Assembly (NCBI GenBank): GCA_045589075.1 | Contig: JAZNFI010000068.1 | Location: 1-49,748, forward strand | Reading direction: 5' to 3' | DNA: 49,748 nt | From: Candidatus Flemingiibacterium sp. | GTDB lineage: Bacteria; Bacillota; Clostridia; Oscillospirales; CAG-272 | Part shown: positions 37,014 to 46,964 of the stretch, one piece after another | How the letters are laid out: every line of letters starts with the position of its first letter | How positions within the stretch are numbered: position 1 is the first letter of the stretch | Made by a program: the position numbers and the translations under genes | Notes under the pieces: model-generated | Told to the model about the DNA's origin: nothing | The model's input: only the letters and a program-made list of their open reading frames with translations | The model's database searches: none

Positions 37014-38528
37014 CTAACGCTTCTTCGCATGTCTTGCGACGGCGTTCTGTATTATAGTCCTTTCGGAAAAGCTGTGCTTACCCTCCGAATCTATCTCATA
37101 ATCCTCATGCCCTTTCCCGGCAAGAAGTATTATATCCCCGGGAAGGTGGTTTTCGATTACATACTCAATAGCCGACTCTCGCTTTTCTATAACCTTGCAA
37201 TCCGCTCCCTCAGATGCACCCCTCAGAATATCACAGATGATCGCACGCGGATTTTCTGTACGGCTATTATCTCTTGTAATCACAGTTAGGCCTGCAAGGG
37301 ATGTGGCTATTCTTCCCATTATAGGACGTTTTGAACGGTCACGATCACCACCGCATCCAAACACCGCCACAAGTCTCCCTCCCGGCTTCACAAAGCGAAG
37401 CATTGTACGGAGCACCTTTTCAAGCGCGTCAGGAGTATGAGCATAATCGATAAAAATTTCAAAATCACAGTCTTCAGGAAGCGGCACACGCTCCATGCGG
37501 CCCGGTATCTGCAAGCATCTACCCATGCTGGAGGCTATCACCCCATGTTTTATACCGAAAAGTCTTGCTGTGCTTGACGCCGCAAGGGTGTTTACCACGG
37601 CAAAGCTTCCTGCTATGGGACATTTTATCTCACATTCGTAATTTTTGTCACAAAACCTGTATGATATACCCTCCGGACTCTCTACATAGGTATTTTCCGC
37701 TCTAAATGAGGCATTTTTACCTTCTGAGGAGAAAGTAACAAACGGAATTTCAAGCTCATTTGCAAGCCTTTTTCCGTATTCGTCATCTATATTCACCACC
37801 GCGGCACCGCACATCAAAAACAGCCGCTTTTTAGCAATATAGTATGCTTCCATGTCGCCGTGGTAATCAAGATGATCGGGCGTAAGTCCCAAGAATATGC
37901 CAAGACTAAATTTTATGGGGTCAAGACGCGACTGACTCAAAGCATGGGACGAAGCTTCCATGAAAACCACTTCAACCCCGGCATCAGCCATTTTGCGAAG
38001 CAGCGGGTAAAGCACGCTCGGTTGCGGCGTAGTCATGGAGTTGACATTTGATACGTCACAGTCGTTAAGTGCTTCGCTATCATCTCCAATATAGCACCTT
38101 ACAGTCCCTATAACCCCTGTAACATAACCTGCCGCCTTAAAAATTTCCCGCAGAAAGAAGGTGGTCGATGTCTTGCCGTTAGTTCCCGTTACAGCCACGG
38201 TAATAAGCTGTTCCGACGGACGTCCACACAGCTCGTTCCACATATGAGCTGCCGCCAACCTTGTATTTTCAACTGTTATGTATGACACATCAGGATGTGC
38301 CGCAAGGTACGGAGTGATTCGCTCACAGACTATCAGCACAGCACCGTTTGAAACGGCAGTACATATAAAGTCGTGACCGTCAAATCGATCTCCCTTTATG
38401 GCAATAAAGGTGTCCCCTTTTTTACATTCAAATGAATTGGTACGAAGCTCTCCGCAATCAACAGATAAGCTTTCAAGATTGGTACCCGTTATTCCAACTT
38501 TCTGTGTCAGTTTCTCTAAAGATGCCAT
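37014..38528 (-). CDS. murE: UDP-MurNAc-dipeptide--diamino acid ligase
   Basis: TGTNGKTST, MEASSH, DHLDYH, DYAHTPDA, FGCGGDRD, DNSR, GKGHE. Confidence 0.96.
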   Translation of the reverse strand: MASLEKLTQKVGITGTNLESLSVDCGELRTNSFECKKGDTFIAIKGDRFDGHDFICTAVSNGAVLIVCERITPYLAAHPDVSYITVENTRLAAAHMWNELCGRPSEQLITVAVTGTNGKTSTTFFLREIFKAAGYVTGVIGTVRCYIGDDSEALNDCDVSNVNSMTTPQPSVLYPLLRKMADAGVEVVFMEASSHALSQSRLDPIKFSLGIFLGLTPDHLDYHGDMEAYYIAKKRLFLMCGAAVVNIDDEYGKRLANELEIPFVTFSSEGKNASFRAENTYVESPEGISYRFCDKNYECEIKCPIAGSFAVVNTLAASSTARLFGIKHGVIASSMGRCLQIPGRMERVPLPEDCDFEIFIDYAHTPDALEKVLRTMLRFVKPGGRLVAVFGCGGDRDRSKRPIMGRIATSLAGLTVITRDNSRTENPRAIICDILRGASEGADCKVIEKRESAIEYVIENHLPGDIILLAGKGHEDYEIDSEGKHSFSERTIIQNAVARHAKKR

Positions 38529-38594
38529 TGCTCCACCACCTTATGTAAATATCTTTAGTTAGATATTTACGCAGGTATGTAGACATTTATGACA

Positions 38595-40922
38595 TCAGTC
38601 AGTTCCGTCCATATATCGGAATTCAACTGAAACGATAGTACCGGGAGCAACCATTTCACCTGCGGCCGGAGTCTGGGAAATTGCAACCGCACCGCCACCG
38701 ACACTGTAATCCGAGGCTCCGTGTACCATAATATTCAGATCGGAATTAATAATAAGCTTGTTCGCCGCCGAAGCAGTCTGTCCCAGGACATCGGGAACAC
38801 TTACTGACTCTGTGGGCACTGCATCGCCCATATAGAGATAAACCGTTCCATTTTCCGTAGATAACCTGCTTCCGCCCTCCGGTACCTGGGACATTACTAT
38901 GTTGCCCTTTCCAATTATCTCAAACCGAAGCTTTCTGTTTGTAATATAGAGTGTTGCATCCTCCTCAGAGTAGCCTGTAAGGTCGGTAATTCCCACATCT
39001 ATACTCTTAAGCTCTGACTCGGTGTACTGAGGCTCATATCCAAGGTATGGAAGAGCCACCGAGAGAAAATTAGATATATATGGTGCAGCAACTATGCTTC
39101 CGAAGGAACCGCCCTGAGATGGCTCATCAACAATTATGATAACCGCGATTTCCGGGTCATCAGCAGGCGCATATGCAACGGTTGAACCAACTCGGTAAGG
39201 TCTATCACTGCTCACCCACTCGTCTTCAAAGCTTACCACGTTGCCCTCTGCATCGTAATAAACATACTTGTCTCGCTTTTCAGATGTTCCCGTCTTTGCG
39301 GCAACGCTGTAGCCCTTGGTATAAGCGTTTCTCGCACCGCCGTCGGTAGCAACACCCTCGGCGAGTATTTTTGTTACAGTATCGCAGGTTTCTTTTGAGA
39401 ATATCTGCACTTTCTCTTTGGTATCGTAGGACTTGATAACATTTCCGTCATCGTCAACCAATTCCTTCATAACGTGGGGTGTCACAAGGTATCCGCCGTT
39501 AGCCACGGCACAGATCGCCGTAAGCTGCTGAAGAGGAGTTGCCTTAAAGGTCTGACCGAAGGAATATACTGCAAGCTCGACTGAATGCATACTCTTCATC
39601 TCGTGGTAGCTTCCTACGGCCTCACCCGTCAGATCCACGCCCGTACGGGTGGTATATCCAAGAGCTTCAAAATACTTGTAAAACGTTTCAAGACCAATTT
39701 TCTCAACAGTATTCATCATAAGGGGGTTGCAGGACTGCTGAAGACCTCTTGCAAAGGTAACGAGTCCGTGACCGCCCTTTTTATGACAAGAAATGGGAGT
39801 GGAATACCCCGGCACAAAATAATGACCGTAGCAACGGAATTGGTCGTTTATATCCACTACGCCTTCCTCAATAGCAATTGCCGCCGTAAGTATCTTAAAG
39901 GTGGAACCCGGCTCATAAGGCTCGTTTACTATCTTGTTGTTCCACATCTGGTAGATGAGGGAGGTGCGTAGCTGTCTGTACTCCTCGCTTTCCATTGGGT
40001 AAGCGCTTTCGTTAAGTTCTTTAAGATATTCCTCGGCTAATGTGTATGGGTCGTTACAGTCATAGTCGGGATAAACCGCACCCGCAAGTATACCGCCTGT
40101 ATTAACATCCATAACGATACCGCACACGCGGTTTGTTGCCTGTGCCGACTCGTAGGCAGCGTACACTTGATTTTCAAGCTCATGCTGGAGACGAATGTCA
40201 ATGGTTGACACAAGGTTTGCGCCGTTTTCGGCTTCCACATAGCTTTCGTATTTGAACGGCATATCCTTTTTAAGCGCATTTCGCGCCGTTATGTATTTTC
40301 CGGAAGTGCCTTTAAGATAATCGTTGTAGGTTGCCTCAACGCCGTATACACCATCATTCTCGGAGTTGGTGAAGCCAATAAGATGGCTCGCAAGATCGCC
40401 ATAGCAATAATATCGTTTGGATTCGGCAGAAAGGTTTAAAAGTCCCGTAAAGTTCTTCTCTTTGATGAATTCGCGCAAAATCTCTGCGGTCTCAGGATCA
40501 ACGTTTTTCTTTATTGTCTCGTCCCTGCGCCCTGTTTTCTTTGAACGTTCAATAACGTCGTCATAATCAACACCCAGCACCTCAGCGCACTTTTCGGCAA
40601 TTTCCCTAGCCGCCTGCCCCGAAGTATAACCGTTATCCTTCTCCTTTTCAAACTCCTTTATATCGTAGGGTGAAATGAAAACTCGATAAACGGTCGTATT
40701 GGTTACAAGCAGATTCATGTTTGTATCAAATATCTTACCGCGATCGGGCGTAGTTTTGTTTTCGATTGTCAGCTGGTCGATAACTATGGCCTGATAGTAG
40801 TCATTATCAATTATTTGAAGTCCGAAAAGTCTAATAATAAGAAAGCCCCAACAGGCGATTATTATCGCCGTAAACACAAGCATTCTTTTGTTCATATGGC
40901 TTCTCTCTGACAAAAACGGCAT
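38595..40922 (-). CDS. Class B penicillin-binding protein (FtsI/SpoVD-type) with two PASTA domains
   Basis: N-terminal TM, RGKIFD, EPGSTFK (SxxK), SCN, KTGT, C-terminal VPDVLG-type repeats. Confidence 0.93.
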   Translation of the reverse strand: MPFLSERSHMNKRMLVFTAIIIACWGFLIIRLFGLQIIDNDYYQAIVIDQLTIENKTTPDRGKIFDTNMNLLVTNTTVYRVFISPYDIKEFEKEKDNGYTSGQAAREIAEKCAEVLGVDYDDVIERSKKTGRRDETIKKNVDPETAEILREFIKEKNFTGLLNLSAESKRYYCYGDLASHLIGFTNSENDGVYGVEATYNDYLKGTSGKYITARNALKKDMPFKYESYVEAENGANLVSTIDIRLQHELENQVYAAYESAQATNRVCGIVMDVNTGGILAGAVYPDYDCNDPYTLAEEYLKELNESAYPMESEEYRQLRTSLIYQMWNNKIVNEPYEPGSTFKILTAAIAIEEGVVDINDQFRCYGHYFVPGYSTPISCHKKGGHGLVTFARGLQQSCNPLMMNTVEKIGLETFYKYFEALGYTTRTGVDLTGEAVGSYHEMKSMHSVELAVYSFGQTFKATPLQQLTAICAVANGGYLVTPHVMKELVDDDGNVIKSYDTKEKVQIFSKETCDTVTKILAEGVATDGGARNAYTKGYSVAAKTGTSEKRDKYVYYDAEGNVVSFEDEWVSSDRPYRVGSTVAYAPADDPEIAVIIIVDEPSQGGSFGSIVAAPYISNFLSVALPYLGYEPQYTESELKSIDVGITDLTGYSEEDATLYITNRKLRFEIIGKGNIVMSQVPEGGSRLSTENGTVYLYMGDAVPTESVSVPDVLGQTASAANKLIINSDLNIMVHGASDYSVGGGAVAISQTPAAGEMVAPGTIVSVEFRYMDGTD

Positions 40923-41045
40923 TGATATTCTCCTTATATATACGGTAAATTACGGAGAGTAAGCTGCAAGACCGACGCCTACTCTCCGAAAACATTCTGT
41001 TATAATAAGTACTCACCCAGGAGCAAATTAATTACTCTGCAAATA

Positions 41046-41816
41046 TTACCTTCCGAAGAATCCTCGCACACGCTCCATAACAGATCCGCCAAAGCTCATA
41101 ACACCGTCCAAAAAGCTAGCACCGGTGTCTTCCTTTTCTTCAATAATCTCTATGCGGTCTTCCTTATGTACTGTGAGGTAGTATCTTTCTACCTGATCCT
41201 TTTTAACCATGCCGAGCTCTTCCTTTGCCACAGTTTCAACCACGCGAAGGTCATCTCTTGTCTCAAGCTGAAGACGAAGCTCGTTTTCGGCGTTTATAAG
41301 CGAGGTATATGTGCCTTGAAGAGCTGCGTTCTCGCTTGTTATCTCATTAATCTGTACAGAGGTTGTCACAATTGCCATGATAAGCACAGTGAAGCAAGCC
41401 GCCATCATTACTATGGACATTGGGAAAGCATACTTTTTCTCAACAACTACAGTGTGCATGGCAACAATGGACTTTTTCTTGATTTTTTCAGCTGTATCGG
41501 AACGAGCTTTTTTCTTCACCGCCGTGCCTACGCCGGATGCGGCAGTACTTTTTGCCTTATTTACAGTATCAGAGCCTCTTGCTATATCTGCACGCCCACC
41601 GGCATACGTTCCGCCAATTGGTGCCTTAGCTGCAGCCGCGGAACCTGCGGAGGAGAAACGTTTTGCGCGTCCCATATCAGTGCCTGCAGCACAATGCTCC
41701 TTGCCGCTTGCCACAATCGACTCCCAAGCATACTCCGTATAAGATGGATGAGTGGAGATACGACTATCGGTCGATGCCTGCTTATTCTTTTTTTCTTTGA
41801 ATCTGGCTTCGGTCAT
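41046..41816 (-). CDS. ftsL: FtsL-like division protein with long N-terminal extension
   Basis: Between rsmH and the PBP gene; one TM, coiled coil, AKEELGM motif; SD GGAGG. Confidence 0.7.
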   Translation of the reverse strand: MTEARFKEKKNKQASTDSRISTHPSYTEYAWESIVASGKEHCAAGTDMGRAKRFSSAGSAAAAKAPIGGTYAGGRADIARGSDTVNKAKSTAASGVGTAVKKKARSDTAEKIKKKSIVAMHTVVVEKKYAFPMSIVMMAACFTVLIMAIVTTSVQINEITSENAALQGTYTSLINAENELRLQLETRDDLRVVETVAKEELGMVKKDQVERYYLTVHKEDRIEIIEEKEDTGASFLDGVMSFGGSVMERVRGFFGR

Positions 41817-41835
41817 TCCGCGTTCCTCCTGTGTT

Positions 41836-42783
41836 TTAAAGCTTTTGTGCTATACGAAGCTTTGCGCTTCTTGAACGGGGATTCTCCTCAAGCTCCCTCT
41901 CCGAAGGGAGAATGGGCTTTCCGGTTATTACTTTAACTTTAGGTTTATTTCCGCAAGCACATACGGGAAAATTGGGTGGGCAGGTACAGCCGCACGCCGC
42001 CTCCTTGAAGGTTTGTTTTACTATTCTGTCCTCTAGAGAATGGAAGGTTATTACCGACAACCTGCCGCCCTTCCCTAACGCATATATAAGGGAATTCAAT
42101 GTGGGCTCAATTATGGAAAGCTCCGAATTAACCTCAATACGTATTGCCTGAAAGGTTCTTTTTGCAGGATGAGGTCCGTCTTCTCTGGCTTTTGCAGGTA
42201 TCGCGGATTTGATTATATTTACAAGCTCGTATGTGGTTTCGATTGGTTTATTTTCACGCGCCTCTACAATCTTTGATGCAATACGCGGCGCGAATTTTTC
42301 TTCGCTGTAATCAAAAATTATTTTCTTAAGCTGTGCCTCCGAATAAGTGTTAACAACATCGTAAGCCGAGAATTTTGCATCGGGATTCATTCTCATATCA
42401 AGCGGAGCATCGTGCATATAGGAAAATCCGCGCTCCGGGGTATCAAGCTGATACGACGATACACCAAGGTCAATAATTGCTCCGTCTATTTTATCAACGC
42501 CAAGCCGTGCAAGCACATCTTCTGCGTTTCTGAAATTATCTCTTATAAATTCAATTCTGTCTGCATATGGTGCAAGTCTTTTTTTCGATGCCTCAATAGC
42601 AGCACTGTCCTGGTCTATAGCAATAAGCTTGCCACCCTCCGAAAGTCTTGACGCAATCGCTTCCGAGTGACCTCCGCCGCCCAGTGTGCAGTCCACATAT
42701 ATTCCGTTGGGCTTTATACCGAGACCGTCAACAGATTCGGACAAAAGCACCGAATAGTGAGAAAATTCAATATTCTCCGCCAT
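41836..42783 (-). CDS. rsmH: 16S rRNA m4C1402 methyltransferase
   Basis: [41 protein letters not shown]. Confidence 0.97.
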   Translation of the reverse strand: MAENIEFSHYSVLLSESVDGLGIKPNGIYVDCTLGGGGHSEAIASRLSEGGKLIAIDQDSAAIEASKKRLAPYADRIEFIRDNFRNAEDVLARLGVDKIDGAIIDLGVSSYQLDTPERGFSYMHDAPLDMRMNPDAKFSAYDVVNTYSEAQLKKIIFDYSEEKFAPRIASKIVEARENKPIETTYELVNIIKSAIPAKAREDGPHPAKRTFQAIRIEVNSELSIIEPTLNSLIYALGKGGRLSVITFHSLEDRIVKQTFKEAACGCTCPPNFPVCACGNKPKVKVITGKPILPSERELEENPRSRSAKLRIAQKL

Positions 42784-43202
42784 CAGATGCCAAGCTCCTT
42801 CATCTGAACTGCAATGTCCTCATTGCTTTCGCCGTTTCTCATAGGCGTCCAACGCTCAGCCGCCCAAATCTCCGCATGATCACCAACGCCGAGGAACGCC
42901 GCCTCCTTATTGAGTGCCGCATATTCCTTAAGACCTTGCGGAATGGTTATTCGTCCGTGAGAATCGGTAGTAACCTCAGAGGAGAATGTGAAGAAAAAAC
43001 GCTTTACAGCTCTTGACTGTGAATCGGGAAGTGACATAAGCTTGTCGGAAAGCTTTGCCCACTCATCAAGATGATAAAGGGAGAGACAGCCATCTGTGTT
43101 CCGAGACAAAACAAAAGTTTCGCCAAGTCCCTCACGGAGCTTTGCCGGAACAAATACGCGTGATTTCGCGTCAATAGTATGTAGATATTCGCCCGAAAGC
43201 AT
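42783..43202 (-). CDS. mraZ: dcw cluster transcriptional regulator
   Basis: HTIDAKSRV and DSHGRITIP repeats, GVGDHAEIW; start reassigned to ATG 43202 (SD AGGGGG). Confidence 0.93.
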   Translation of the reverse strand: MLSGEYLHTIDAKSRVFVPAKLREGLGETFVLSRNTDGCLSLYHLDEWAKLSDKLMSLPDSQSRAVKRFFFTFSSEVTTDSHGRITIPQGLKEYAALNKEAAFLGVGDHAEIWAAERWTPMRNGESNEDIAVQMKELGI

Positions 43203-43241
43203 CTGTTTTGCCCCCTTTCTCACCATGTTTATGGGAATATT

Positions 43242-43267
43242 CACCACTTTGCACCTATTTTCACCAC
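43242..43267 (-). promoter_or_regulatory. MraZ operator: three direct repeats at 10-bp period
   Basis: Minus strand GTGGTGaaaa TAGGTGcaaa GTGGTG, just downstream of the -10 box. Confidence 0.8.
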
Positions 43268-43271
43268 AATT

Positions 43272-43300
43272 ATTATAACTCATATCTGTAAAATAATCAA
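43272..43300 (-). promoter_or_regulatory. sigmaA promoter of the dcw operon
   Basis: TTGATT-17 nt-TATAAT. Confidence 0.75.
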
Positions 43301-43365
43301 TAGGTTTTGCATATTTTTTTTCGAAAATATGTGTTTTTTTGCAACTTTTTTCGGGAAATACAGAC

Positions 43366-43406
43366 AAAAAAAGCAATAACAGCCATGCATTTACATAGCT
43401 GTTATT
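43366..43406 (-). terminator. Intrinsic terminator after coaD
   Basis: Minus strand AATAACAGCTATGTA-AA-TGCATGGCTGTTATT (with G-U pairs) followed by GCTTTTTTT. Confidence 0.75.
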
Positions 43407-43412
43407 TTATGG

Positions 43413-43901
43413 TTATTGATTCTTGTATTTTTTTATGAGCTCGGCTACCCCACAGGGAACCGATGCAGTGAAATCCTCGCCATACTTAATAAGCTCGTTT
43501 ACCATGGTAGAACTTATGTGGATGTACTCACTTTTCGTAGGTAGAATTATCGTATCAAGCTCTGGCGATATGCTTCGATTGATAAGCGAAAGTGTCAGCT
43601 CATAATCAAAGTCGGTAACATTTCGCGCCCCCTTCACCACAATTCCGATATTTTTGTCTCTGCAATAATCACAAAGAAGTCCGCAAGATACATCAACTGA
43701 CACATTTCCAAACTCTTTAAACGCAGTTTTTAACATTTCAAGTCTCTGTTCAGCGGTAAATTTACCGGCCTTGGATGCATTCACAAAAGCTGTGACATAC
43801 ACGTGCTCAAACATGGCGGATGCCCGCTTAACTATATCGTAATGTCCCAATGTAACAGGGTCAAAGCTTCCCGGGATAAGCGCTATTTTTGAATCAAGCA
43901 T
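43413..43901 (-). CDS. coaD: Phosphopantetheine adenylyltransferase
   Basis: PGSFDPVTLGH, DFDYE, ISSTMV. Confidence 0.95.
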   Translation of the reverse strand: MLDSKIALIPGSFDPVTLGHYDIVKRASAMFEHVYVTAFVNASKAGKFTAEQRLEMLKTAFKEFGNVSVDVSCGLLCDYCRDKNIGIVVKGARNVTDFDYELTLSLINRSISPELDTIILPTKSEYIHISSTMVNELIKYGEDFTASVPCGVAELIKKYKNQ

Positions 43902-43904
43902 AAT

Positions 43905-44465
43905 CTATTCCTTTCTTGAAAGTACTGTAATGTATATCCTGCCGTAACGGTTTTGCTTCACTACCTCAAATCGTTCTGCAAGAGTAATATCCGAATCAAA
44001 AACGTCGTCTGTCTCATCCTCACAGAATATCCATGCGCCATCGGCAAGTATATCGGAATCGGCTATCATTTTAAGTGATTTTTGTAACATCCCGCTTCCG
44101 TAGGGTGGATCCAGAAATATAAAGTCATATTTATATTTTCCCTTTGCCGAACGCAGAAAATCTGCATAGTCAGAGGTAACTATTCTGCAGCGATCAAAAA
44201 GCTTGCACTTCTGTGCGTTTTTCTTCATAATATTTACAGCCTGCGCCGACTTGTCCACAAGATGAGCCTTCTCTGCGCCTCTGCTGAGTGCCTCCAGCCC
44301 CATCTGTCCGCTTCCGCTGAAAAGATCCAGTACAAACGAATCAAGAAGGTCAAACTGTATCATGCTGAATATGGCTTCCTTGACGCGCTCGGCAGTAGGT
44401 CTTGTTGCATCTCCCTCAAGTGTGTCAAGCTTTATGCCACGAGCTGTTCCTGTGATTATTCTCAT
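43905..44465 (-). CDS. rsmD: 16S rRNA m2G966 methyltransferase
   Basis: MRIITG, TRPT, LDLFSGSG, EALSRGA, FLDPPY; start ATG 44465 after SD AAGGAG. Confidence 0.95.
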   Translation of the reverse strand: MRIITGTARGIKLDTLEGDATRPTAERVKEAIFSMIQFDLLDSFVLDLFSGSGQMGLEALSRGAEKAHLVDKSAQAVNIMKKNAQKCKLFDRCRIVTSDYADFLRSAKGKYKYDFIFLDPPYGSGMLQKSLKMIADSDILADGAWIFCEDETDDVFDSDITLAERFEVVKQNRYGRIYITVLSRKE

Positions 44466-44487
44466 AGTAATCTCCTTTGCTAAAAGG

Positions 44488-46332
44488 TTATTTGCCCTCG
44501 GCTTTGTTATAAAATTTGATAATTGCATCGGCGTTGGCACAAGAAATACCAGGCACCTTCATAAGCTCTGTTCTACTCGCTTTTTTTACGTTTGCAATAC
44601 TTCTGAAGTGAGCAAGCAGCGCTTTTGCCTTTACTTTGCCGATGCCATCTATTTCCTCAAGTGTCGAGTGCTTTAGTGCCCTGGACTTGGCACTCTCCAT
44701 TCTGCCAAGTGTGTAGCGGTGTACTTCCTCCTGAAGCTTGTAAATAAAAACAAACACTGATTGCTCTCTGGCGATGCTTATCTCTCTCTCATCGTCTGTC
44801 AGCGCCCTTGTCTTATGAAACTCGTCCTTTACCATTCCAAAAACCGGAATATCCAGCTTCATTTCGCTTACAAGCTCGCGGACAACCGAAACATGCCCTT
44901 TTCCCCCATCAAGCAGTATAAGGTCGGGCGGAGCACCGAATGAATCGTCCGTAAGATGGGAAAGGCGTCTCGAAAGAGCCTCTCTCATGGAACCGTAGTC
45001 GTCAATGCCGCTAGTAGTCTTTATTTTGAAGGTGCGGTAATCGGATTTCTTTAATTTTCCTGACTCACAAACTATCATGCCTGCGGTAATATTTTCGCTG
45101 CCAAAGTTTGAAATATCATATGCCTCTATTCGCTCAGGGACCACCTCAAGCGAAAGCATGGATGCAAGCTTTATCAGCACATTATTATCCTTTTCGGACT
45201 GCGCCTTATAAAGCATTGCCTGCTGCTTTGCATTGTCGTATACCATCTCACAAAGCTTTCGCCTGTCGCCTCTTTCCGGCGTGCGAATATCCGGCTTATA
45301 TCCCACACGTGATTTTATCATTTCACCAAGAGCATCAAGCTCCTCGCTCGGAAGAGTAAAATCAAGTATTATTTCATGAGGCACATATTCTCTAATGTTG
45401 TAAAGCTCAGACAGAAACGAAGACATATTCTCCTCATCGATAATCTTTTCGGCAGGGAACAGAAAATGCTCGCTGTCAGTAATGCTTCCGCACCTGATAT
45501 AGAAAACGGATATACATGAGCACGCCTCGTCCGTATAAAGGGCAATAATATCCTGCTCCATATCGGGAGAGCCAACTACTTTCTGCCTTTGCCAAAGCTT
45601 TGAAAGAGCTTCTATCCTGTCGCGGTAGCGTGCTGCCGCTTCAAACATCAGATTATCCGATGCATATTCCATTTTCTCCTTCAGAGACTGCTCACACTCC
45701 CTGAACGATCCCCTTAAAAAGGTATTTATCTCCTTGAATATCCCACGGTAATCCTCGCTTGAAACCCCTCCGTTGCAGGGAGCCATGCATAATCCGATGT
45801 GATGATTAAGACAAGGGCGGGACTTTCCTATATCCCTCGGAAATTCTTTTTGACAGGAAGCGATTCCGAAAGTTTTCTGCACCGTTCCCAAAATCGAATA
45901 CACCGCCGATATGCTTGAATACGGACCGTAGTATCTTGCACCGTCCGCAAGCCTTTTTCGTGTTACGGTAAGACGTGGGTATTCATCGTTTATTGTCATC
46001 TTAATATAGGGGTACGACTTTGAATCCTTGAGCTTGATGTTGTATTTTGGTGAATACTGCTTGATAAGGCTGTTTTCAAGGGAAAGTGCCTCTATCTCCG
46101 TGTCGGTAAGGATATAGTCAAAGCCGAATACGCTCATTATCATACGGCGCGTTTTTTCAGAGTGATGAGCAGATTTTTGAAAATACTGTGACACTCTGCT
46201 CTTAATCGAGCGGGATTTGCCCACATATATTACCTTTCCGTTTTTATCCCGCATTATATAAACGCCGGGGCGCAAAGGTAAAGAATTGGCTTTGAGAAGC
46301 AGCTCCTCCCTTCGTTCCTCGTAGCTTTGCAT
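44488..46332 (-). CDS. uvrC: Excinuclease ABC subunit C
   Basis: PGVYIM/IYVGK GIY-YIG, Cys cluster, FEAAARYRD, YDISN, LDGGKGH, HhH IDGIG; start ATG 46332. Confidence 0.96.
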   Translation of the reverse strand: MQSYEERREELLLKANSLPLRPGVYIMRDKNGKVIYVGKSRSIKSRVSQYFQKSAHHSEKTRRMIMSVFGFDYILTDTEIEALSLENSLIKQYSPKYNIKLKDSKSYPYIKMTINDEYPRLTVTRKRLADGARYYGPYSSISAVYSILGTVQKTFGIASCQKEFPRDIGKSRPCLNHHIGLCMAPCNGGVSSEDYRGIFKEINTFLRGSFRECEQSLKEKMEYASDNLMFEAAARYRDRIEALSKLWQRQKVVGSPDMEQDIIALYTDEACSCISVFYIRCGSITDSEHFLFPAEKIIDEENMSSFLSELYNIREYVPHEIILDFTLPSEELDALGEMIKSRVGYKPDIRTPERGDRRKLCEMVYDNAKQQAMLYKAQSEKDNNVLIKLASMLSLEVVPERIEAYDISNFGSENITAGMIVCESGKLKKSDYRTFKIKTTSGIDDYGSMREALSRRLSHLTDDSFGAPPDLILLDGGKGHVSVVRELVSEMKLDIPVFGMVKDEFHKTRALTDDEREISIAREQSVFVFIYKLQEEVHRYTLGRMESAKSRALKHSTLEEIDGIGKVKAKALLAHFRSIANVKKASRTELMKVPGISCANADAIIKFYNKAEGK

Positions 46333-46453
46333 ACTCTCACCGCCTTTCTCTGTAAAGAAACGACGAGCCGTGCAATCAGCCGCGCGACCCGTCAAAAACT
46401 CATATTTTGCTTAATTGACAGGTAAAACACCCGTCAAACGAACAATAAAGCAA

Positions 46454-46717
46454 TTATTCGCCAAAGCCTGTGTCAATAAGCCCGCACAGACCGTCGAGTG
46501 CTTCCTTTTCGTCAGAGCCGTCGGCTATAAGAGTAATGGTCATACCTTTTGTAATGCCGAGGGAAAGAACGCCGAGAAGACTCTTGGCGTTTACTCGTCT
46601 GTCTTCCTTTTCAACCCAAATAGAGCTCTGGAAGGAATTCGCCTTCTGAATGAAAAAGGTGGCTGGTCTTGCATGGAGACCAACATTATTCTGAATGGTT
46701 ACATCACGGGAAATCAT
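46454..46717 (-). CDS. ptsH: HPr phosphocarrier protein
   Basis: GLHARPA (His15) and NAKSLLGV (Ser46); 87 aa. Confidence 0.95.
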   Translation of the reverse strand: MISRDVTIQNNVGLHARPATFFIQKANSFQSSIWVEKEDRRVNAKSLLGVLSLGITKGMTITLIADGSDEKEALDGLCGLIDTGFGE

Positions 46718-46820
46718 ACATTTTCGCTCCTGTCAAAATATTATTATAACTATATACCGCCGACGCCGCTCTAAGCGAACACGATGCCGACCGCCAATTC
46801 GGTAATATTATACTGATTAT

Positions 46821-46849
46821 AGTATATCAAAGATTGAAGTTAAAATCAA
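46821..46849 (-). promoter_or_regulatory. sigmaA promoter of ptsH
   Basis: TTGATT-17 nt-TATACT with TG extension. Confidence 0.7.
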
Positions 46850-46915
46850 TAGTTTTTTTGCATATAATTTTTCATGCTATGACAAAGTTTATGTGTTATT
46901 TTCAAGCTTTTTACG

Positions 46916-46964
46916 AAAAAAACGCCGCGCAATGGAAATAATTTCCACTGCGCGGCATTTTTTT
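46916..46964 (-). terminator. Intrinsic terminator after the DUF4330-like genes
   Basis: A7-c-GCCGCGCA-a-TGGAAA..TTTCCA-c-TGCGCGGC-a-T7. Confidence 0.85.

Noticed and set aside
46333-46453. LexA box upstream of uvrC
   Set aside because: No GAAC-N4-GTTC match found by eye here or upstream of sbcD.
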